From positions 1 to 44,839 of the forward strand of contig JAFUXZ010000135.1 in NCBI GenBank assembly GCA_017470795.1: a stretch of 44,839 nt of DNA, written 5' to 3'. Below, in pieces: positions 15,733 to 23,195 of the stretch (its first letter is position 1; each line of letters starts with the position of its first letter). A program made the translations under genes and the position numbers. The notes beneath the pieces are model-generated. The model saw only the letters and a list, made by a program, of their open reading frames with translations. It was not told where the DNA came from and did not search any database. The DNA is from Paludibacteraceae bacterium. GTDB taxonomy: Bacteria > Bacteroidota > Bacteroidia > Bacteroidales > Paludibacteraceae.

Positions 15733-17309
15733 AAAAAGACGAGAGCCGCCAGCTGATCCGGGCGGTGATATACGCCCGGTACTCGAGCAGCGGCCAGCGC
15801 GAAGAGAGTATAGAGGGACAGATCCGGGAGTGTCGTGCCTTTGCAAAAAGGAACGGCTTCACGGTCGTTGGTGAGTACGCCGATCGGGCGCTCACCGGCA
15901 GGACAGACAGGCGGCCGGACTTCCAGCGCATGCTGCGGGACGCGGAGCGCGGAGCCTTCGAGGCGGTGCTCTGCTGGAAGATGGATCGCTTCGCCCGTAA
16001 CCGATATGACTCCGCGACGTATAAATACCGGCTGAAGAAGTGCGGCGTCCGGCTGTATTACGCAGCCGAGACGATCCCGGAGGGGCCGGAGGGGATCATT
16101 CTCGAGAGCGTTATGGAGGGCTACGCGGAGTACTACTCCGAGAACTTGTCGCAGAACGTGAAGCGCGGGAACTATGAGAGCGCGAAGGAATTGAAGACGC
16201 TCGGCCTGACGCTGCTCGGACTCAGGAAGGGAGCCGACGGCCGCTTCGAGATAGATCCGGAGACTGCGCCAGTCGTGCGCAGGATCTTCGAGGAATACGC
16301 TGCCGGGATCCCGGCGAAGGATATATACAAAAAACTGAACGACGAAGGGTATCGGACGACGCGGGGCGGCCGCTTCAACAAGAACTCGATCCGGAGGATC
16401 ATCCAGAACGAGCGGTACGCTGGCGTGTACCTCTTCAAAGATATGAGAGTTGAGGGCGGGATCCCTGCGATCGTTGACCGGGATCTCTGGGAGAAGTGCC
16501 AGAAGGTCGCGCAGCAGCATCACGTCTCGCCCGCAGCTGAGCGCGGCGTGTCGTACCTGCTGACGACGAAGCTGTTCTGCGGGCACTGCGGCGAGGCTAT
16601 GACCGGCGAGAGCGTGAGCTCGATCTACTACTATTATGTCTGTAATGGCCGCAGGGCGCACCGATGCAAAAAGAAGCGAGCCCCGAAGCAGTGGATCGAG
16701 GATCTGGTCGTCCGGGAGCTGGCGGCCCTGATCCACTCCGACGAGTTTATCGAGGCCGTGGCCGACAGCTGCGTCGAGTACCAGCAGCGCACCCGGGACA
16801 CGGCAGATCTGGACGCGCTCGAACGACGGCAGCGGGAGAACGAGCAGGCGATCCGGAACACTCTCGCAGCGATCGACGCCGGGATCATCACGGACAGCGT
16901 GAAGTCTCACCTCGTAGTGCTGGAGGCCGAGCGGGCGGATCTTGAACGTGGGATCGCGCAGCTGCTCATAGCTGAGCCGGACGTCGACCGGGAGCAGGTG
17001 ATCTACTTCCTCGAGCGGTTCCGGGACGGGGATCTTGACGATCCCGGGTACCGGCAGTTCTTGGTCGACACGTTCCTGAACGCTGCGTACCTATACGACG
17101 ACGACCGGATCCTGCTGGTGCTGAACTATACGCAGGAAGGCGAGCGGGTGACCTTGGAGCTGGCCGAAGCGGCTGCCGAGGACGACGGCGTGAAGATTTC
17201 GTGTTTCGCGCCGTCAGGCCCGCCAAATGGCGCGAATACGAAAAAAGCGCGGGAGCTGGTTCTCCACTTTGTAGAGAAGGCGGTCGCCGTGCTGATAGAA
17301 TTGCGCTGA
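15729..17309 (+). CDS. Large serine recombinase (integrase)
   Basis: Resolvase catalytic N-terminus VIYARYSSSGQREESIEGQ, followed by a recombinase domain, then a zinc ribbon (CGHCG...YYYYVCNGR) and a coiled coil. Confidence 0.85.
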   Translation: MKKDESRQLIRAVIYARYSSSGQREESIEGQIRECRAFAKRNGFTVVGEYADRALTGRTDRRPDFQRMLRDAERGAFEAVLCWKMDRFARNRYDSATYKYRLKKCGVRLYYAAETIPEGPEGIILESVMEGYAEYYSENLSQNVKRGNYESAKELKTLGLTLLGLRKGADGRFEIDPETAPVVRRIFEEYAAGIPAKDIYKKLNDEGYRTTRGGRFNKNSIRRIIQNERYAGVYLFKDMRVEGGIPAIVDRDLWEKCQKVAQQHHVSPAAERGVSYLLTTKLFCGHCGEAMTGESVSSIYYYYVCNGRRAHRCKKKRAPKQWIEDLVVRELAALIHSDEFIEAVADSCVEYQQRTRDTADLDALERRQRENEQAIRNTLAAIDAGIITDSVKSHLVVLEAERADLERGIAQLLIAEPDVDREQVIYFLERFRDGDLDDPGYRQFLVDTFLNAAYLYDDDRILLVLNYTQEGERVTLELAEAAAEDDGVKISCFAPSGPPNGANTKKARELVLHFVEKAVAVLIELR

Positions 17310-17315
17310 GAACGA

Positions 17316-17358
17316 AAAAAGACGCCCGGAGGGATAATTCCCCGCCGAGCGTCTTTTT
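17316..17358. terminator. Bidirectional rho-independent terminator between the convergent integrase and lysin genes; also an attP candidate
   Basis: AAAAAGACGC...GCGTCTTTTT forms the outer stem. The inner stem is imperfect (CCGGAGGG/CCCCGCCG). Confidence 0.6.
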
Positions 17359-17415
17359 GTTTGTCTGTGGCGATATTTCCCGCCCTGCTGCCGGGAGGGC
17401 GGCAGGGGAGATGGT

Positions 17416-19062
17416 TTACTTCTTGACCGACGCCATGGCTGCGATCGTCTTCGGGCCCACGAGGCCGTCCGCTTCCTTCGCGCCGAACATGTCGGTCTGG
17501 AACTTCTTGACCGCTGCGAGGGTCTTGTCGCCGTAGATCCCGTCGGCAGTTTCGCCCTGTGGGAGGGCTCCATACCAGACGAGGAACTCCTGCATCAGTG
17601 CGACTCTGTTCGAGATCTCGCCGTGTCTGATGATCACCGACGCAGCGTTCACGGATCCGATGTACCTGTGCACGCGCTTGAAGCTCGCGTACTTCTTGTC
17701 GGTCAGATCCCTGACGCGGATCGAGTTGTTCCACTTCTTGGAGTTTCTGACGTTGTCGTCGCCTCCGCCAGCCTCCACGAGCTTGCCGCCTCCGATGTAG
17801 AGCGCGACGTGCGTGTCGCTGCATAAGACGTCGCCCGCCTTCAGCTTGGACTTCGCAGGCTTGCCGAGATTCTTGAAGAGCGTCGACTTGTCATAGCCGC
17901 GGCCCTTGTGGAAGCCCCACGAGGTGCCCTTGCTGCAGAGCTTCATGGCTGCCTGATCGCAGCCGCCGTGAGCCCATGCTGCACCGACGAACGGATTGCA
18001 GCAGTAGGTTCTCTCATAGTCTACGATGCCGGCCTTCTTCTTGCTCTTCGGCTGCGTTTTGCAGAAGAAGCAGCCGTTGTGGTGGGCGTCCTTGCCGTGG
18101 CCATAGTGGAAGCGGTTGTCGCCAGCGATCCATACGGCCCAGCGGATCGCGTCCGCGATCACCTCGGCGTTCGTTTTCACGAGCTTCATGGTCGGGAGCT
18201 TTCCGGTGTAGGCTTTCTTTTCCTGCTTAGGGCTCAGGATCTCGTTCACGCGCTTCTGGACGGCGTTGTAGTCATAGCCGCACTGAGTGAGCGCCAGCTT
18301 CCTGCTGTCGCCGCTGCCCCAGCCGCCTGCGATCACTTCGCGCGCCAGTTCGTCCACGGACTTCTTCGCCGGTGTCGTCAGGCCGTTCCCCGTATAGCGG
18401 ATCAGCACCTTGAGTCTGCTCACATACCTGCCCGCGAGCTTCCTGTCGGCTCTTATGTCGTCGGCCTTGTTTTTGCAGCGTGTACTGTCGGAGACTTTGC
18501 CGTCTCCCATGAGTAGGATGAGGTGCTGGAACTCGGTGCCGGTGAACAGGCCGCCGATGTCGCCCGGCTGCACCTTCTCCTTCGGGATCACCTTGCCGCC
18601 GTTCCGGATCACTTTGATCTCCTTGATCTTCAGAGCCTTCTGCGCGATCTTCAGCGCGTCCGCATCCGTCTTGGCCTTCAGGATCTTCTCCATAGTGCCA
18701 TTGTCGAGCACGCCGCAGTTGCATGGGATCGGCAGCCCGCCGTGATGCCAGCAGGCGATCACCCAGCCGATGCACTGCCAGCCGAGGTTCTTGCCTCCGT
18801 GCGGGTGGCACTTTGCGCACTCGTGGCCGTATGGCTCCGTCCAGAAGATGTACCGGTAGTCCTCCGCGGCGGTCTTGATAGCCCACGCTCTGATGTTCTG
18901 AATGATCAGTTCGCGGCAGCAGAGCAGCCGGTTGACTTCCGTCTGGATCTCTTCCGGGTTGTAGCCCTTCTTCCGGAGGGCGTCGACTCTGGCCTGTCCG
19001 CTGCCCCAGTCCCCTGCGATCACCTCGCGGGCGATCGCCATTGTCTTCTTGTCTGTCGCCAT
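17416..19062 (-). CDS. Multidomain cell-wall hydrolase: two copies of (Cpl-7-like repeat + Cys-peptidase/NlpC-P60-like domain) plus a C-terminal PG_binding_1 domain
   Basis: ORF trimmed to the ATG at 19062 after AAGGAGG. AREVIAG-WGSG occurs twice. The C-terminus DGIYGDKTLAAVKKFQ...DGLVGPKT is a peptidoglycan-binding motif. Confidence 0.7.
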   Translation of the reverse strand: MATDKKTMAIAREVIAGDWGSGQARVDALRKKGYNPEEIQTEVNRLLCCRELIIQNIRAWAIKTAAEDYRYIFWTEPYGHECAKCHPHGGKNLGWQCIGWVIACWHHGGLPIPCNCGVLDNGTMEKILKAKTDADALKIAQKALKIKEIKVIRNGGKVIPKEKVQPGDIGGLFTGTEFQHLILLMGDGKVSDSTRCKNKADDIRADRKLAGRYVSRLKVLIRYTGNGLTTPAKKSVDELAREVIAGGWGSGDSRKLALTQCGYDYNAVQKRVNEILSPKQEKKAYTGKLPTMKLVKTNAEVIADAIRWAVWIAGDNRFHYGHGKDAHHNGCFFCKTQPKSKKKAGIVDYERTYCCNPFVGAAWAHGGCDQAAMKLCSKGTSWGFHKGRGYDKSTLFKNLGKPAKSKLKAGDVLCSDTHVALYIGGGKLVEAGGGDDNVRNSKKWNNSIRVRDLTDKKYASFKRVHRYIGSVNAASVIIRHGEISNRVALMQEFLVWYGALPQGETADGIYGDKTLAAVKKFQTDMFGAKEADGLVGPKTIAAMASVKK

Positions 19063-19073
19063 GGCATACCTCC

Positions 19074-20552
19074 TTAGTTGTAGCAGTGGTTCATGTCCGT
19101 GTTGCCTTTGACGCCGTCGACCTTCCCGGTGCTCGTGTACTGCCATAAAAGGAAGGAGCCCTTGTACTGGCACTCCTTATAGTACTGAGCACACCAGACC
19201 TTGTACGGCAGCTTGGCCATGTCGAGCTGGTTGTTCAGCCACGAGGTTGAGGCGTAGATCATAGCCTTCGCGCCGGTCTTCTCGATCTCGTCGCAGAAGC
19301 CCTTGATCGCTGCCGTCCTCTTAGCCTTTGACAGCACGGTGTCGTTGGCCCTGCCCGGGCGTCTCTTGCCCTTCTCGGTGTAGAAGACGTTCTCGCTGTC
19401 TACTCCGATAGGGTAGGCCAGCTCCACGCCCGCCTTCTTGATCAGCTCGAGAGTGTAGCGTGCTTCCTCCCGGCCTTCGGCCTCAGTGATCGCCTCGGTG
19501 AAGAAGTACACACCGAGGGCGAGCCCGGCCTTCTTCGCGCCGGTGATGTGGTTTATAAACATGTCGTCCTGATTCAGCTTCGCCGTCGAGCAGCCGCGGT
19601 ATCCGCAGCGGACGATCACGCCCTTGACGCCCGCCTTCTTGACTTTGGCCCAGTCGATCGCCGACTGGAACTCGCTGACGTCGATCACGGTGTGCTTCCC
19701 GGAGGGCATGGCTGCTGCTGCGGGTTTGCTGGGCGTCTTGTTCGGAGGTTTCAGCGAATTGATGATCGCCTGCGCCTTCTTCTTGCTGTTAGGCCCGAAG
19801 ATCCCGTCGACCGTCAGGCTGTAGGTCGCCTGATAGTCCATGATTGCCGCCTCGGTCTTGCTTCCGACGTCGCCGTCGACCGAGAGCTTGGCATTGATGC
19901 ACCAGTTCAGGAAGGTCTGCACGGCCTTCGCGTCGGCTCCCTTGGTGCCGTTCTTCACGGTTCCGGACGGGAGCTTCCCGGTGTACGGAGTTGTCGGCTT
20001 GTAGGTGGTGACCTGCTTGCCGAGCCTCTCGACGATCCAGACCTTGGCCACGCAGCCCTTCATTGATTTCTCGTAGCTGTACCAGCCGTCGTGATCTCTT
20101 CCGCCGGAGTCCTTGCAGTAGAACATGTGGAGCCCGTTCTTAATCTTGTAGCCGGTGAAGGCCACGTAGTGGCCGCCAGCCGTCCAGCGCGTCCCGTTTG
20201 GCGCCTTGTTCGAGTTGAACAGGATAATGCCGATGCGGTTGCCCTTGTTCAGTTCCTTGAAGGCCACACTCATTGGATCCGACCACACGCGCACGACCGT
20301 CTTGTGCCCGAGGTGCTTCAGCGTCTCGGTGATGCCGTTCCACGTTGTGCCCTGATTTCTGATAGCGAAGCCCTGTTTGATCATCCACGGGCGCAGGCTT
20401 TCAGGTGTCCAGTTTTTGTATCTGTCCTGCTCCATGGCCACGTGTACGCATGCGCAGCACCCGCAGCCGTTACCTCCGAAGGACGAGGACTTGACCGGGT
20501 ATGGTTTACTTGACCACCTGCTGTTCAGCTGCTTCCAGATCTTCTTGTTCAT
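19074..20552 (-). CDS. Endolysin: papain-like Cys peptidase, PG_binding_1 and GH25 muramidase domains
   Basis: ATG at 20552 after GAGGAGG. Cys/His pair in GCGCCAC...GGHYVAF. VDGDVGSKTEAAIMDYQ is the binding domain. VIDVSEFQSAIDWAKVKKAGVKGVIVR is GH25-like. Confidence 0.8.
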   Translation of the reverse strand: MNKKIWKQLNSRWSSKPYPVKSSSFGGNGCGCCACVHVAMEQDRYKNWTPESLRPWMIKQGFAIRNQGTTWNGITETLKHLGHKTVVRVWSDPMSVAFKELNKGNRIGIILFNSNKAPNGTRWTAGGHYVAFTGYKIKNGLHMFYCKDSGGRDHDGWYSYEKSMKGCVAKVWIVERLGKQVTTYKPTTPYTGKLPSGTVKNGTKGADAKAVQTFLNWCINAKLSVDGDVGSKTEAAIMDYQATYSLTVDGIFGPNSKKKAQAIINSLKPPNKTPSKPAAAAMPSGKHTVIDVSEFQSAIDWAKVKKAGVKGVIVRCGYRGCSTAKLNQDDMFINHITGAKKAGLALGVYFFTEAITEAEGREEARYTLELIKKAGVELAYPIGVDSENVFYTEKGKRRPGRANDTVLSKAKRTAAIKGFCDEIEKTGAKAMIYASTSWLNNQLDMAKLPYKVWCAQYYKECQYKGSFLLWQYTSTGKVDGVKGNTDMNHCYN

Positions 20553-20874
20553 CGTCTTCCTCCTCTTCATCTTCCGCTTCTGCTTCTGCTTCGTCCTCTT
20601 CGCCTTCGTCGAAGAAGTAGTCGCCGACGTAGCCGGCCTTCTTCTCAGCTTTCAGCTGACGGGTGAGGCCGGTGCCAGCGCAGGCCTCGTCTGTGAAGTC
20701 GTTGTTGTACCAGAACGCGATGGCCGCAGCAGCGACCGTGAAAATGTAGGAGACGATCCTGTACACGGTGTTGGCCGTTTCGTTTCCGAAGTCCGGCTCT
20801 CCGACCTGAGAGATCGCCTGATTAATGATTGCGACCGCCAGCAGCGCCGTCCTGATCTTGGTTCCTCTGTTCAT
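20506..20874 (-). CDS. Holin, SPP1 family-like, with an acidic C-terminal tail
   Basis: MNRGTKIRTALLAVAIINQ...FWYNNDFTDEA matches the SPP1-holin pattern. Two transmembrane segments are present. Confidence 0.65.
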   Translation of the reverse strand: MNRGTKIRTALLAVAIINQAISQVGEPDFGNETANTVYRIVSYIFTVAAAAIAFWYNNDFTDEACAGTGLTRQLKAEKKAGYVGDYFFDEGEEDEAEAEAEDEEEEDDEQEDLEAAEQQVVK

Positions 20875-20889
20875 GTGTTCAGTCTCCTT

Positions 20890-21249
20890 TCATTCTTCCT
20901 TCCAGTCGAAGAGCGCGGCGATCCCTTGTTCTGTCAGGAACTCCTTCTGCTTGTGTTTGATTTCCGTCGCATAGTCCAGCGCCGCGTGCATGTCCCCGTT
21001 GCACTTGGCGTCAGGGATCCGCTCCACGGCGCGGGCGGTAGCCTCACCGAGTGCGATCGAGGCGTTCACGCTGTTGATCAGTGTGATCTGGAACTTCTCC
21101 AGCTTTGCCTCGCGATCGGCGGCGTCTTTGCGTCGTTTTTGTTCTTCCTTCTCGCGCTTGGCCTCAGCCTTCTGGATGTTGTGCTCTATGAGCCAGAAGC
21201 AGAAGGCGGTCACCGCGGAAGGAATGACTGCTAAAAAAATCTGATTCAA
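20890..21249 (-). CDS. Holin-like membrane protein (LL-H holin-type layout)
   Basis: TTG start at 21249, 7 nt after AAGGAG. One N-terminal transmembrane helix plus a coiled coil. First gene of the lysis block. Confidence 0.45.
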   Translation of the reverse strand: MNQIFLAVIPSAVTAFCFWLIEHNIQKAEAKREKEEQKRRKDAADREAKLEKFQITLINSVNASIALGEATARAVERIPDAKCNGDMHAALDYATEIKHKQKEFLTEQGIAALFDWKEE

Positions 21250-21265
21250 TGTCCTTCTCCTTGCA

Positions 21266-22366
21266 CTAAAGTGCCGCTCCTTTGCGCTTAAAAATGACGT
21301 TTTCCGAGATCCATTTCTGGAGCCCGTAAGTGCTGCAGTGCTTCATGAGTCCGAAGTAGCTCTGCATAGTTGAGTCCACCGCCTCGAAGTCTATGAGGCC
21401 CTGCTCGTACTCCTTGGCGATGTAGAACATGCGGGCCTTCATCTTCCTGACCGACTTGCGCGTCAGCTTCCGGTAGCCCGGATAGATGCGGCAGCCGACG
21501 AAGGTGATCCCGCGTTTGACGAGTCCGATCGTGGTCTTGCTGTTTAGATCCAGATGCAGTCGGTCGTTCAGGAAGATCTCGATCAGTTCCCGGCACTCGT
21601 TCAGCCGCTTCACGTCCGAGCTCAGCAACACCATGTCGTCCATGTACCGGACGAAGAAGTGCTCGCGGAGCTCGTGCTTCACATACTGGTCGAGCTCGTT
21701 CAGGCATACGTTCGCAAGCATCTGGCTTGTCAGGTTTCCAATCGGCATGCCGACCTCGAAGAGCCGCTCCCACGGCGGCACCTCGTCGGCGTTCTTGCCC
21801 GGAGGCAGGCCGAAGGGTGTGTGGTCGCAGTTCACGATCTCGTCCATGAGCCAGTGGAAGCCGTCCTCGTCCGGGTATTTCCTGCGCATGATGCTGAGAA
21901 GGATCTCGTGATCCACGCGGTAGAAATACTTCGAGACGTCCAGCTTCAGGTAGTACCACGGCTCGGGCTTGCGATCGACGAGGGTGCACCAGTCCTGCAG
22001 CTTGTCAGCTGCTCGCGTGGTTCCTTTGCCGACACGGCAGCCGTAGCTGTGGAAGATCATGCCGTTGTCGAGCTCGCCATTGATCTGCAAATAAATCGCC
22101 CACTGGACGACGCGATCCCTGAAGCCCAGAGCCATGACGAGCCGCTTCTTTGGCTCGTAGACGTAGAACTCCCGGTACCTGCCGACCTCGTAGGCGTGCC
22201 AGAGCAGATCGTTCTGTATGCTGATCAGTTCTTCCTCGAGGTTTGCGCTGAAGGCAGCCACGTCGTCGCGGTACCACTTCTCCTTACAGGCGTTGTGATA
22301 TGCTTCCAGCAGGTTCTCCCACGAGGCGATGCGCTCCAGAAGGGAAGGCTTTACGGTTTCGAGCAT
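21266..22366 (-). CDS. DGR reverse transcriptase
   Basis: ORF 21266..22576 trimmed to the ATG at 22366 after AGGAGG. It carries the DGR-hallmark motif PIGNLTSQ and the catalytic motif YMDD. It lies adjacent to the TR. Confidence 0.9.
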   Translation of the reverse strand: MLETVKPSLLERIASWENLLEAYHNACKEKWYRDDVAAFSANLEEELISIQNDLLWHAYEVGRYREFYVYEPKKRLVMALGFRDRVVQWAIYLQINGELDNGMIFHSYGCRVGKGTTRAADKLQDWCTLVDRKPEPWYYLKLDVSKYFYRVDHEILLSIMRRKYPDEDGFHWLMDEIVNCDHTPFGLPPGKNADEVPPWERLFEVGMPIGNLTSQMLANVCLNELDQYVKHELREHFFVRYMDDMVLLSSDVKRLNECRELIEIFLNDRLHLDLNSKTTIGLVKRGITFVGCRIYPGYRKLTRKSVRKMKARMFYIAKEYEQGLIDFEAVDSTMQSYFGLMKHCSTYGLQKWISENVIFKRKGAAL

Positions 22367-22750
22367 TTGCCCGTCCTCCTTTTGCGTTTGGTTTTGGTGG
22401 CTTCGCGTGTGACAATCCATTGACCGCAGCAGAAGATCCGCAGCCGCCACCGTGCTGCAGTCCCCTGCAGGTCTTCTCCCGTATGAGGGACTGGCCAGTC
22501 TGCGCGGGTTGCACGTCGCCCCGGTTGTCCGGCTGCGGCGTGCGATCATCTTTAGCTTTTCAGCTGGGAAGTACACCCCTTTGACTCTTATGTTCCTGCG
22601 AGGCCTTGACCTTCAGGTCTAACGAATAGAGCCGGAGCGGAGCGGAAGCCGATGTTCGTGTTCGTGTTCGAGCGAGCGTTGTTGCCGTTCAGATAGAACA
22701 GACCTGCGTTCGTGCCGTTGTTCCAGTTGCCCCCGCGATACACGCAGCGC
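22367..22750 (-). ncRNA. DGR template RNA: TR (22636..22750) plus a 269-nt spacer leading to the RT gene
   Basis: No credible coding potential was found. This is inferred from canonical DGR organisation. Confidence 0.6.
22636..22750 (-). repeat. DGR template repeat (TR)
   Basis: 115 bp collinear with the VR, with no indels. In the VR frame it reads RCVYRGGNWNNGTNAGLFYLNGNNARSNTNTNIGFRSA, which is rich in AAC codons. Confidence 0.92.
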
Positions 22751-22779
22751 CTCCTTATACGGCATACTCCCCACGTCGC

Positions 22780-23124
22780 TCACTCGTCGGATCTGATCCA
22801 CCCGCCGAGCATGCGTCCGATTTCATTGAGCTCTTTGCTCCATACTTCGTGCAGTCCCGGAGAGATCAGACGATCCTCCGGGCTGACAGCTGTGTCGACA
22901 AAATTTCGCAGCACGTCCAGCTCGATGTCCATTTCGGCCTGAAGCTGGCGCCGCTTTTGTCCGCGCGACCGGTTGGCCTGAATACATAGCCGCAGCATAT
23001 TGCTGTAGGCTTGGTTCAGCTGTTCCCGGTAGACGAACTTCTCCGGCTTGCGCATGTTCTTGGTGCGCTCGCCGGTGCGGATCATGGATCGAACGATGTG
23101 CTGCCGCAGTTGTAACGTATCCAT
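22780..23124 (-). CDS. avd: DGR accessory variability determinant (Avd, four-helix-bundle type)
   Basis: 114-aa basic helical protein located between the target gene and the TR. AAGGAG RBS. Confidence 0.75.
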   Translation of the reverse strand: MDTLQLRQHIVRSMIRTGERTKNMRKPEKFVYREQLNQAYSNMLRLCIQANRSRGQKRRQLQAEMDIELDVLRNFVDTAVSPEDRLISPGLHEVWSKELNEIGRMLGGWIRSDE

Positions 23125-23148
23125 GTTTTGCTCCTTCTTCGCGGGGTT

Positions 23149-23172
23149 GGGGCGGCTTTTGCGAGCCGCCCC
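23149..23172 (-). promoter_or_regulatory. GC-rich hairpin downstream of the VR (9-bp stem, 6-nt loop)
   Basis: ggggcggct / tttgcg / agccgcccc. It starts 24 nt after the target stop codon and 44 nt after the end of TR/VR homology. Confidence 0.6.
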
Positions 23173-23195
23173 GGTCAGATTTTCAGATTGCCAGA

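Noticed and set aside
15570-16910. 446-aa minus-strand ORF.
   Set aside because: It is antisense to the serine integrase, whose catalytic and zinc-ribbon motifs are clear. The ORF has no RBS, and its sequence is junk-like.
21266-22366. The RT as a retron or group II intron reverse transcriptase.
   Set aside because: The IGxxxSQ motif, the adjacent avd, and a TR/VR pair with adenine-only mismatches all point to a DGR. No intron RNA domains or msr/msd-like inverted repeats were seen.
22367-22576. 70-codon N-terminal extension of the RT ORF.
   Set aside because: The internal ATG at 22366 has a perfect AGGAGG RBS. The upstream residues are Arg/Pro/Ser-rich with no RT motifs, so this is probably DGR spacer RNA.
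22619-22801. 60-aa ORF overlapping the template repeat.
   Set aside because: It is read in a different frame from the VR and has no RBS. The interval is better explained as the non-coding TR.
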